Part shown: one piece after another, positions 52,360 to 64,000 of the stretch
Position numbering within the stretch: the stretch's first letter is position 1
Layout: each line of letters starts with the position of its first letter
NCBI RefSeq assembly: GCF_036321535.1
Contig: NC_087437.1
Location: 23,438,001-23,502,000 of the forward strand
DNA from: Camelus dromedarius
Taxonomy: Eukaryota
DNA: 64,000 bases
Reading direction: 5' to 3'
The notes under the pieces: generated by a model
Seen by the model: only the letters and a program-made list of their open reading frames with translations
Told to the model about the DNA's origin: nothing
Databases searched by the model: none
Translations under genes and position numbers: made by a program

Positions 52360-53764
52360 ATCAACACACATTGTTAAAATTTTTTTTCCTTGCAAAGAGA
52401 CCTTTTAAGATCTGGTCTCTTAGCAACTTTCAAATATACAATACCGTGTTATCAACTATAGTCACTGAACTGTGTATTTATTATGTTCTTGGGACTTATT
52501 TATTTTATAACTGGAAATTTGTACCTTTTGACCCTCTTCACCCATCTTATATCCCCCTGCCCTGCCTCTGGTAACCCCAAATATGTTCTCTGTATCTATG
52601 AGTTTGTTTTTGTTTTTAGTTTCCACATATACATGAGATTAAGTGGTGTTTGTCTTTCTCTGTCTGACTTATTTCACTTAGCATAATGACCTCCATTGTG
52701 TGCAAGTATACGTGTATATATAATGGCTTTTTAATCCACCTATTCATTCATGGATACTTAAGTTGCTTCCATGTTTTGGCTATTATGAATAATGCTGCAA
52801 TGAACATGGGGTTGCATATATCTTTTCCAGTTAGTGTTTTCGTTTTCTTCGAATAAATATCTAGAAGTGGAATTGCTAGATCATGTGGTGGTTCTGTTTT
52901 TAATATTTTGAAGACCCTCCATACAGTTTTCTGTAGTGGCTGCAGCAACATGCATTCCTACCAACAGTGCACAAAGATTCCCTTTTCTCCAAAGCCTTGC
53001 TGACACTGGTTATCGCTTGTCTTTTTGATAGTAGCCATTCTAACAGGTGTGGGATCATATTTCCTTGTGGTTTTGACTTGCATTTCCCTGATGATTAGCA
53101 TTCTTGAGCTCCTTTTTATCTGTATGGCAATTTGTATGTCTTTGAAAAATGTCTCTTAGGATACTCTGCCCATTGAATTGGCTTTTTTTTTTTTGTCATT
53201 GTTATTGAGTCATATGAGTTCTTTATATATTTTGGGTATTAATTCCTTATCAGATGTATGATTTGCAAATATTTTCTCTCAGTCTATAGATTTCCTTTTC
53301 ATTTTGTTGATGATTTTCTTTGCTATTGAGAAGCTTCTTAGTTTGATATAGTGACACATTTATTTTTCTTTGGTTGCCTTTGTTTTTGATGTCAAATCCA
53401 AAAAAAAAACCATTGCCAATACTAATCTCAAGGAGCTTCCTGCCAGTGTCTTCTTTTAGGAATTTTATGATTTCAGGTCTTCTATTCATGTATTTAATCC
53501 ATTTTGAATTAACTTTAGTGTATGATGTAAGATAGTGGTCAAATTTAATTCTTTTGCAAGTGGTTGTCCAGTTTTTCCGACATAATTTTTTGAAGAGGCT
53601 ATCCTTATAATCTGGTTGTGGGATATATACCTTTAAAAAAATTATCCCCAAGTGGTGATACTGGGCAGTTGGCTTTGAGAAATATTGATTAGGACACTGT
53701 AGTAACAAACCAAGCCAAGGGAAGAATGCATAAACCAGAAGGAATAAATAGCTCCTTTCTCTCA

Positions 53765-53930
53765 ACTGACACCATTTTTATAGCTTTACTATAGCACTTT
53801 TCCTTTTGTACTCTAGTAAGTGTTGCATATCACTGTGTCTCCGACTAGACTGTGAATTCCTTAAATTAAGACTCATGTCTTATTCATCTTTGTATCATGT
53901 TGAGGTTAACACAGTGACTTTCCCAGACAA
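53765..53930 (+). mobile_element. L2 3' end
   Basis: 'tgtctccgactagactgtgaattcctt...catgtcttattcatctttgtatc'. Confidence 0.7.
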
Positions 53931-54825
53931 GTTTGTTTTGTTATTTTATGGCAGCTGTCACATCATTCAGAATACAGAGAACTGGTTTTACTTAATGAAG
54001 AAAACTTATAAATAGATATTGTACATCCAGTACTTCTTTTTTATCAGCTCTTTTCCAGGTGGTATTGTCTTCTAAATCATTTAATGTCACTATTTTCTGT
54101 AAACAATCTATCACAATTATAATAATTAAATATTGCTATATGGTATTCCTGTTCCCTATGTAGAACATCAAGCATTTTAAATTATTTTGGGCTCCTCAGT
54201 AGGAGCTAAATTTTTGTCATCCAGATAGGGATTTTTAAAAAATATGTTAAATTCTAAACTTGACAAGGCTGATGGCATCTTGGCTATTCAGGGTGAGTTA
54301 TTTCATGCACTTGTACCCTCATCAAGGAAATTGTGAATGCAAGTTTTCACTGATAACCAGATGCTTTGTTGGTGCTTATGTATCCAGTTAGTCCATCAGT
54401 AATCTTAAAACATAGCAGAAGAAAAAAGGTGAAAGTAACAACAGAAACAGCAATAAGATTCTACAGTCTTCAGAAATAACTATCTAGACTTCTCTTAGCT
54501 CAGATCCACAATTCAACCTTAAGGTAAGTCAAAATGGTATACAAAACACACTACTAAAGAAGAATTGTTTTATTATTTTTTTAGCCTGAGAATGTAGAAG
54601 CAGTGGAATCATTACTTTTAAAATATTTTATTTTCTTCATCCTTATGCATTCTCATTTGAAAGGAGGGTTTGACACCCATTTTAAGCTAAGTCCACAGTT
54701 TGGTCTAAGTACCATTCCTGGAAAAATATTTTTCATATCAGTTAAAATTAGTGACTAGGGAATATTTTTATAGAATAATTGATCATTACTACCTCTAAAC
54801 TGGTTTGGGCTCAGCAGTTAATCTT

Positions 54826-55160
54826 TTTTTTTTTTTTTTTTTTGCCATTTAAAAATTTACATATATGTGCTGTTCATTGTTTCTAAGAACAGTTTCGAGC
54901 TTTAGCTTTTTAAACTTACATAGTTATCAAAGGAGTAAAGCCAACCACAAAATAAGAATCAACAGAATGCAGTAATCCAATCATAAAGGACAGTCAGTGT
55001 GCTTATACATATTCAAGAAACCAGTCATCTAAGTTATAATAAGTAGTTCATTTGTGTCCTTTTTTTTAAGATTCCACATATAAGCCATATCATATGGCAT
55101 TTTTCTTTCTCTTTCTGGCGTACTTCACTTAGAATGACAATCTCCAGGTCCATCCATATT
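54826..55160 (-). pseudogene. Chimeric retrocopy: L1 fragment + non-L1 3'UTR-like sequence + poly(A)
   Basis: T20 at 54824-54843; TSD 54811-54825 tcagcagttaatctt and 55161-55175 tcagcaattaatctt; L1 homology only at about 55040-55160. Confidence 0.8.
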
Positions 55161-55657
55161 TCAGCAATTAATCTTGACAGAGGATATAAAATAGTATCAA
55201 CTATGTGCTTTTTATCCACCTGGCACTGTGTTGATAAAATCTGAATAAAAGAAACTTTTCAATTTGTTGTCTTCTTTCTAAAGTGCACCTCATCCCCTCT
55301 ATTGCATTCCTACTGCTTTGCTCCAAACTCTAACAACTTTCACACAGTCTCTTCACTCACCTCCTTCTCTCTTATCTCTCTCAACTCCAACCTGTCTTTT
55401 ACAGTTACCATTTAAATTCAAAAGTGACTTTGATGGTACATATGCTTGTCATCCTTCTGCTTAAAAAGAAAAAAAAAAACACTCTGAAATGTTTCATAAA
55501 GAAACACAAATGGATTTTGAGGCCATTTATGTTCAGATATTGGCAGATTTTCAGAGGTATGAATGAGTTAATGTCAGCTGTAGAAGTGTGGTTACTCAGA
55601 TGAGACTCTTAGTGATAGGTTGGCTCATTCATGGGAATGAATCCATGTCTGATTGAG

Positions 55658-55704
<47 letters not shown>
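55658..55704. repeat. (TAAA)n microsatellite, about 11-12 units
   Basis: Directly visible. Confidence 0.95.
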
Positions 55705-56984
55705 GTTTCAAAGTATTCTTTAGGATATGGTATTTTTCTATACACAAAATATTATTCTAAAAAATGTCCCCCAATTACTATTCCATATCATGATCAATTT
55801 GTACCAAGTGTGACAGATTGTCTCATGGAGAATTTTGAGCATATGTCAACTTGAAGTTGTATCTGGTGCTACTAGGCAGCCATTCTGGCTTTGCCAGATC
55901 TTATTCTTGTGAATCTAACAACTCAATCATTTTTTCAAATTTTTATAGAATTGAGGCTATGTATTGTGTGTATATAATGAGATCCCAAAATGTCTATGTG
56001 GGTTTATCTTTCTTTTACCCAAACATAACTTTAGCTGTATATTCCTGTTCAACGTGATTTTCTGCTAAAGCATTTTCTCTACATACCATAGTATCTCTTT
56101 TACTATGATCTTCTAACTTTATTGCAAGAATTTAGTTGGTAGCATGAAAGCATCAAGCAAAAATTATTCCATGATAATCATTTTCCACAATATATATTTA
56201 TACACATACACACACTTTTATTTTCAGTAATTTGGCATACTCTTAAAAAGGCCATAATTATGACCATTGGAATTGATTGACTACTGGTGAAGACTGGATA
56301 TTATAGAAGATTAGTTATTGCATTCCCACACTGGCATTATCAATTTTAATTTTTGAAATAAGACATCAAAACAAAAAATACTGCTTCAGAATTTATTAAT
56401 AAGAGTATCCAAAATGTCAAGCTCTGTGCATGGATACTTCTTAAGCCTCAGAAAGAAAATAATTATGAATTACCCCTTCTTTGGTTAAGAATGATAGAAA
56501 TGATGGATTGAGTGTGTTTTACTGTGAATGATAATAGAAAGAAAAGAAAGCAAAAAATTTTCATAATCAGTCAATAACCTAAAACATAGTTGATATTTTC
56601 AGTTAGCAAACAGGAATCGTATAGCATATGGTAGATTTAATGGTTATCTAGTGTGAATGTTGAAAATTCTGTGGTTAACTTTCATAAGGCTGAAATTGCT
56701 CTGAGGCAAAGAGAGTAAGCCTTGGCTACTGTATCAGGAGATAGGCTATGATGGGCAAAAGGTCATTGAAGGATGTCATGCTGTTAATAATCCCAGAGCC
56801 TCACCTAACATTTCATGTACATATAAGAAGATTATGATAACCTTGGAAGAATCAACCAATACCATACTCCTATGTGTATTGCTCCACGTATTTTGTGTCC
56901 AAAGAGTCTTTTACCTGTAAGAATTCTAATACTGTAGGTGATTCTTCTGATTTTTCATCTGTTTATTTTTTGAATCAGACATAG

Positions 56985-57018
56985 TATATATATATATGAT
57001 ATATATATATATATATCA
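56985..57018. repeat. (TA)n microsatellite
   Basis: Directly visible. Confidence 0.9.
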
Positions 57019-58874
57019 ATGTCAAGATCAGCAATAACCTGATCATGTTTAAACAACTAAAAAATTTTACATATTCTTTCCATAGTACATCACTTTAAAG
57101 TTTGATTTTCAAAGTAGATTCTACCTGTTACAGTTTAGGGATGATACCAAGAGATGAAAGAAGCAATTTTTGATAACAGTCATTAAATGATTTATAGGTT
57201 GGACTTGGGAAAGGATTTAGGAATGTTGGTAATTCCATCTGCTTAAGTGGTTCTAGGAAACCAAGGCAAACAGTTCATTTTCCTGTCAAGCTTTCTACAA
57301 TTTACTACCGAGTTATCCAAGTCAAGATTGTCTTTTACTATATTCTTTCATCTTTTGGCATGATCAGACATTTTTATTTTAAAGGAATTTTTTTCTCTTT
57401 CATTCTTAAAACTTGTTAATTTGTCTCCTTTTTTCCGGTTAAAATCACTTTAAAATTTACTCTGAAGATCTGATATTCTGTGGACATGGCACTCTGCCAA
57501 CAAGAAAGAATTATTGTCTACCTATTTTTATAAATATAAATAAATTTGGGAGTTTAGAGAAAAATAGGGAACTTTTCAGTGCTAATACTGCCTTCAGAGC
57601 ATAATTGGATGAATTCTGTACAGTTGCGTTTTTGTTTCTTACGCAACGTGGGACACTGATTCTTCCAATGGGCCTTTGTTTGCAATATCTATTGGGGTCC
57701 TTATCCACAGGCTCTCAACCCTGGAAGAACGTAAGACTTTTTATTCTTGTTTTTATTTCAGAAACCAATTGTTTTATCTAGTACACCATAGTTTGTTTTG
57801 ATTTCTAGCTCATTGACTTTGTAAGACTTCTTTAAAAATATTCAGCTACATATTGGTGGTTTTTTTAATGGCAATTTTATGTTTTGATTTTACATTTTTA
57901 GTTCCCTACTTCTGAAAACAGAATCCAAAGCTCCTTTTACTTCAGCTATTAAATTCACACCAGAATTCACCAAAATACTATTTGAAAATGTTTCCTGTAG
58001 TCATTTCTCATCTTAAGTTTCTTTACAATTTTCAAGCTTTGAAGAATATGGCTGTATGTGAAAAGCTTTTGAAGTGGACTTGGTGTATTTCCTTTTGTTT
58101 TCTTCTCAATGTATTTCTTAAAAGTATAACTATATGGTATATTTATAATTTTTTGTACCCTGATAATTTTCAACATTTCTTTTTATTTTCTCTTTCTGGT
58201 TTCTCTTTCTTTGTCATACAAAAGACTATTAAGTGAACTAATTGGTTAAAGTGTCATAGTGGAGGACACTATGCACCTAACACAATCTGATTTCTTCAAT
58301 AATTTTATATCCAATTTTCTGACATTTAAGGATGTGCTAAGTAAAGAGCTCCACTCAGGTATAGAATGGGATTTTAAATCCACCTTCTAAGGATTTGTCT
58401 TATGGTATAATAATTTTATTAATGATTATTATTTTTTGGAGAACCCCTGAAGAAAGAATAAGTCTATGTGGGGGTAAAATGGAGAAGCAGAAGCAAAAGA
58501 AGGCATATAGGTGAGTTGTGCTGATAAAACTGAGGGAGAAAGCAGTGAAAGGAGGTTAGGTTTTAGAAGATTGAAAAGAGAAAGATTGAGAGAGACTATT
58601 TTGGAGTTAGAGTTCTCCTTGGATTTGATTAAAGAGGCTATTTTGCATTTTATCTTATAAGTTTCCTAGGGCTCCTTCTTTCAATGTATTAGTTGATTTT
58701 TCATATGTCAAAAATTTCCCATAATGGGCACTCTTATTTTAAGACAAAATTTTTACCTTTTACCAAGTTCGAAAGCTTTGATTATAGCATGGACTTATAA
58801 AAGGAACCAGAATTTCTTCCAGATATTTTGCATAGTGACAAATTCATGACAAACAAGAAAGAGACCATCACAGT

Positions 58875-58956
58875 TGGTAAAAATGTATGTTTATGTGGTT
58901 TTCTAAACCACTACAGTTGTGGTAATTTGTTACAGCAGCCACAGGGAAGTAATACA
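58875..58956 (+). mobile_element. MLT1 LTR 3' end fragment
   Basis: 'aaaccactacagttgtggtaatttgttacagcagccacagggaagtaataca'. Confidence 0.75.
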
Positions 58957-61900
58957 ACTACTTTATGCAAAGTCCTGTTTGGTTACATGTTCTAGGATAA
59001 TAGAATACATTTAAAAACAAGTATTCAATAAAGCAGTCAGAGGTCAAACCATTGTTGATCATTGCTCAACTGACAGCAAATCTAAAGAAGAAACAGGATA
59101 AAAATGCCACTTATTGATTAAGCAGTTTTTAAACCATTTCTGGTGACTACTTGTTATCATGGTCATAGAACAGTTAGTCTTTTCCTAAGAGTGGGAGGAT
59201 TTCTTTACATTCTCATGAAGAATCATGTCTTAATCATTTTTAAATACCTGAATAGATTATTTTTAATAAGTCTCTGAGTAATTTTTTTTAATTAATGAAG
59301 GTTTATGGCCAAGAAAAAAGTGTTCTTTTGTTGGAAGAGCAGTTTGGTTTTTTGCTCATTGAATATTGTATAGAAATGTTTTGGCTGGCCAGCAGAGAAT
59401 TTGAATATTTAAAATCGATTGCTTATAGGTACAGCATGAACCCTTCAATGAGTCTCGCACTCCACTAGTAGCTATCTATTGTCTTATAATAGACAATTTT
59501 GTATATTTACATTAATTTATATTTGTGTTTATTTTAATATATTTATATTTATATATATTTCCATTAAATGTGTAGCTTCTGAAAACATAAAAAATTACCA
59601 CTTTTACAGAACCATCCGTTGTGTTTTTTTTTTTCCCCAATTGGTCACAAACACTCAGTAGATTATGTGAATAGATAAACGCACAAAGAAGCAATGGTTG
59701 AATCCAGGGTTATTCACTATTCCCGGGTAGTCTTCCTGTTACTTTGCCTCTTTCTCTTCCATTCAAGAGACAATATACATGAAGTATGAGGATGAACTAT
59801 TAGCAAACTGAAACCAAAAGAGTAGTGACACTCTGCACCCCAGTCAACTTTCCAGAGGATTAATGTTTCTGAGAGTAAAGAAAAGAAATGGCCATGCCAA
59901 ATCTCTGAAGATACTTGGTATCAGAAAGATAATGAAGAGTTTTTATCTATGGAATACACTTGACAGGAATTCCTGGGCTCTAAGGCTTGCTTATGCTAAA
60001 TAAATAAAGACTTTATGGATACTTTATGACCTGATGCGACTGTCATATCTTCTCTATAATTATTAAGAGTATAAGATGGAGTTGTTACATGACTGAAATA
60101 TCTCCTTTTCTGCCAGCAGTTCCCACATGCATCATTTTGCACTTCATGTGTTAAGTATGGACCAGTCAGTTCTAATGTGGTGGGAAAGTATTTGGGGAGC
60201 CAGTTGATACTTTGAGATTTCTCTGTGCTTTGGCTGTATCTTACTGTAAGTGTTATTTGAATTTTTACTAAAGTTTAATGCTGAGAAATGTCTCTGTTTA
60301 TTTGAATTTGATTTGATAATCTAAGCCTTTGTTTTATCAATCAAACCTTGATGCTTTAATTTTATTAGTAACAATTTGTTACTTATTTTCCAATATACTC
60401 TTATGTGTATATACATCATATTTATAGTCATAGCTGTAAAGAATTCAGTCTGACAGTACTGGAATTCATTTAAAGGACTACTGGAATAAAGAGCTTAGTA
60501 AGTAAGATATGCATAGCATTGAGATTCTAAAAAGCTAGGAAGTAATTCTGAGACTTGCTATCATGGCAGTGTTTTTGGTACACTGGTCTTATTGTTGGTA
60601 TAAGCAATATTTTAGAAGGTTAGTCTTGTGACTCTGGGACAGGAGATTCGTTAGTCACTTTAGCTAAAGAACTGTTGTAATCATCCAGACATTTAGGAGA
60701 CAACAGGTTAACTTAGAGTGTTAACAGTGGAAATAATGCAAAAACATAGATTTTTTATTTAAAGAAAGAATCAATGAGACTTAGCAACAAATTAAGTACA
60801 TAAAATGTAGTCAGGGACTATGAAAGATGGCTACAAAATTTCCACTAATATCTGAAAAGGCTTCTATACAATTCCCCACCAAAACGGTGCTCACTGCTCT
60901 AGCAAGGATTAGGGAGTCTTTTAAGTAGGTTTTTGATCCCAAAGGTAAAATTTAAATCAGATACTTTCTGGGCTGACTGAAGCTACTGTTGATAAAGCAC
61001 ATAAAATATGATGTGAGTAGTAGCTTTAGAGAAATTGTTTAGCCACACATTCTCAACATGTAAAAGGAGAGCATTGCCACCTTTATAATTATATTGAATT
61101 TGTAAAAGTACTCAAATTACTTCCAGCTTTACTCTATTAAATTTTTATTGATGGCTTCTGCAATTTTAATCTTATATCACATTAATTAATTCATTCATTT
61201 AAAATTGATCATGCTTTAAGCAAGATGATAGGCAGTAGGAGTTGGCTATTAAGACCACATATCAAATATATCAGATTCAGATATATTAAGCCATTCCCTA
61301 AGTGTTGTGTTGCAAAAAGGAAGGAGGCTCATGCTCAACATCCAGTGTGCTTGGCAACCCCAAAACCCAATTTCTTAACACATAAAAACTACATGATTTC
61401 TTTTATAGAGAGATACAGTCTCTGGCCCATTACAAAAATTGCCTTGTGGTTAGCAAGGAAAAAGTGCTCCCATGACACTTAGAAGAGGAAGGGAGATTTT
61501 ATTTGGCAGTTGTAAATTACCAAGTTTACAAGTTTACTTAAAAGCTGTCCTAAAGTCCTAAAGTCACTAATAAAATCTTTTTGATACACATCAAAGTGTT
61601 TACCCCACAAAATAGGTGGGGACTAAAATTTAGTTGATATTTTTGCTTTCTTTCTCTGGCTATGTAAGATAGTATTTTTTTTTGAGGAGAGGCTGATATA
61701 AAAATATCGAGTCTCTTTCAGATCTCAGAGAAGTTTTTAAAAAATCTAAAATATGTTTTCTTTTTATTACATGCTTTCCTAACTGTAAGAAAATCTAGAT
61801 AGGTTTATGTGTGTGAGAAGAAGAATGTATGTATTTGCATTTTAATTACTCAGTGTCACGCTGTAATTTACTATGATTGTGAAGGACATAATTTGTATTC

Positions 61901-63058
61901 TAACCAAATATGTGCGTTTAATAATGGCTTTACACCATTTCATGTTGTGGAATAAAGACTTATCAAATTTTCCTTTTTATCTGGTTAGATGTAAGATATC
62001 TATTTTAAATTAAAAGTTTAATACTAGACTGGATTATCAGTAAGTCTGCAATTCTTGAAAGCATGACATGCAGAATGCTAATATCCCCTGAAAGGCACTT
62101 GTTCTTAAAGTCATTCATTGTGCATTTTAGGAAATATTTCTGCTCAGTACATACAGCCAAAAGTATGAGTCATAGTTGGTATACTAGTTTCCTGATCGAC
62201 AGAGCTCTGAAAATGTCACCTGTTCTTAGCTGCTCACTGAGGGATGTGGAAACCATAATTGTATTTCTGAAGGCAAAATAGTCCCTAAGGCAGAGCTTCC
62301 CAAGCATGCCATATCAAGGGATACAGAGAAAAATGAGAAAATATATATGGCACTCAGGCGTAAATGGACCAGACTCTTCATGGATGGGAGTTACTGTACT
62401 GGCCATTCCAGTCCCCATCTAGCTCTCTTCTTTAAGAAAGAAGGTTGTCTAATTCAGTCATTTAATAATAAGTAAAATGTTAGTAAAATATCACATTTTT
62501 GTGATGGAAATACATATATTAAGCTAAAAAGATGAATCATTAATGCTATGCTGTTATGTCAAGGGAAAAAATATTAGTGAAGAAAATTTACATGATCTAT
62601 TTTTGCCTCCAAAATGGCAGAGACTTGATGTATCTGATTAATATTCTAATTTTTGAACAATCAGTATCTAAAAGATTAGTAATAATCTAGAAATCGTTAG
62701 AAATTGTGATACTAACATTTGTCCACATAGTATTTTACCAGCAACACCCATACTATTACCTATTTCTCTTCCTAAACTGATATCTATACTTATATTTCTA
62801 TCTACCTCATAAATAAGTCACTAGCCTATAAAAACAAAATTCATTTTAATTAATAACTTGGAGAGTAGCATGATTGTGGGGATATTCTTCCCATGGTTAC
62901 TTTCCTTTCCAAGCAATTTCCTCCTCCAAAATCTTCTATAGCTTCACATTTTCTAAAAAGAATCTTTTTAACCAGCTCTTGTGGCACCTTATGATCTGAA
63001 TTTCAGTTATCTTTCCAAGAATTTTTTTCACTATTTTTTTTGTACATCAACAATGCAG

Positions 63059-63581
63059 CTGTTTTCCATGGTTAGATAGGAAATCATCACAGACTTAGTA
63101 GTTCAAGACAACACCCATTTATTATCTCATGCTTCAATAGGGCAGAAGTCTTGTGGACTCTGCTGGGTTTTCTGCTCAGGTTCTCACAATCCTGAGATGT
63201 TGGCTGAGCCCACTACTTAGTGTCCTCTTCCAAGCTCACATGGTGTTTGCAGAATTCATTCTCTTATAGCTATAAATTCAGGAAGCCTGAGTCTTCCAAG
63301 TCATAAGAAAAGTGCATCTCTGACTTTGAAGCTCCCTTTGAAGAGGTCATCTCATTAAGTCAGATCCACTCAGGGCAATCTCCTTTTGATTAGAGACTTC
63401 AGTTATATCTACGAATATCCTTTTTTTTTTTTTTTTTTTTGGCCAGAGAGGGTAATATAATCATGGGAATGCTATACCCTTATATTCACAGGTTCTGCCA
63501 CACTCAAGAGGAACGTATCACACAAAGTGTGTGTATCAGGATGCAGGAAACTTGGGGGCCATCTTAGATTTCTCCTTCCAC
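63059..63581 (-). mobile_element. MLT1E-type MaLR solo LTR inserted in an L2 (about 62800-63790); contains T20
   Basis: 'caacacccatttattatctca...ttgggggccatcttagatttctccttccaca'; L2 resumes at 'caccagccaaactgaactgcttgctc'. Confidence 0.75.
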
Positions 63582-64000
63582 ACCAGCCAAACTGAACTGC
63601 TTGCTCTTACATAATCATGCCTCCCATATTTTCTCAATACTTCTTTGTGTGTGCTTCCTTCTGTCTGGAATGATTCCTTTTCCTCAGATTTACACATATG
63701 AATATTATACTGTTTTTTATTGAACATTTAGCACAGTACCCTCTCACTAAAGAAGCAGATTCCCCAAGTAGCTCAGTGTTTTCGAGCTGTATGTTGAGGA
63801 TTATTGTGTTGTGAAAGTAGCATAATGAGTGAACACTCATTATTAAACAAAAAAGAATAGAATAGAGTAGATTGACAATAAGATCAATATATTTACAATA
63901 ACAATAGAATAGTACATATAGGATATTGTGTAGGACAAAGATTAAATATTGTTCTGTGATGCATTTGTTTGAATGTTATATATACAACACAGTGTAACAT

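Larger units (their letters stand above)
51500..53608 (-). mobile_element. Older L1 (L1MA9-like 3'UTR plus 3' ORF2) carrying two nested insertions
   Basis: Antisense ORF2 peptides at 52748-52951 and 53250-53600; 3'UTR 'tttcaggt|gtataacataatgatttgat' is split by an LTR. Confidence 0.9.

Noticed and set aside
55658..55704. Repeat array or poly(A)-signal cluster
   Set aside because: A simple (TAAA)n microsatellite with no spacers and no attached retroelement body that I can recognise.
1800..63840. Remaining 60-120 aa ORFs in the track
   Set aside because: Chance-length, compositionally biased, or lying within repeats; none is recognisable as a protein.

Overview
This is AT-rich, CpG-depleted mammalian genomic DNA, intronic or intergenic. 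It is not prokaryotic: there are no operons, rRNA/tRNA genes or CRISPR arrays, and I can support no intact protein-coding gene. Much of the window is transposable-element debris: LINE-1 of several ages, L2, MIR, and MaLR/ERVL/ERV1 solo LTRs. The youngest L1 3' ends (12.5, 28.6 and 52.3 kb) match what I recall of camelid L1, and I see no Alu, Bov-tA/BovB, PRE-1 or Can-SINE, so a camelid source is likely (inference). All convincing ORFs in the track are decayed L1 ORF2 fragments. The most notable items are: (1) a TSD-flanked chimeric retrocopy fusing an L1 fragment to a non-L1, 3'UTR-like sequence plus poly(A) (54.8-55.2 kb); (2) an isolated GC-rich intron-exon-intron gene fragment with near-consensus splice signals and one in-frame TGA (50.9-51.4 kb), between two inverted L1s; (3) three L1 copies with large internal deletions, one of them in frame. 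I found no evidence of a new multi-gene system. Repeat family names come from recalled consensus sequences, not database searches, and boundaries of old repeats are approximate.
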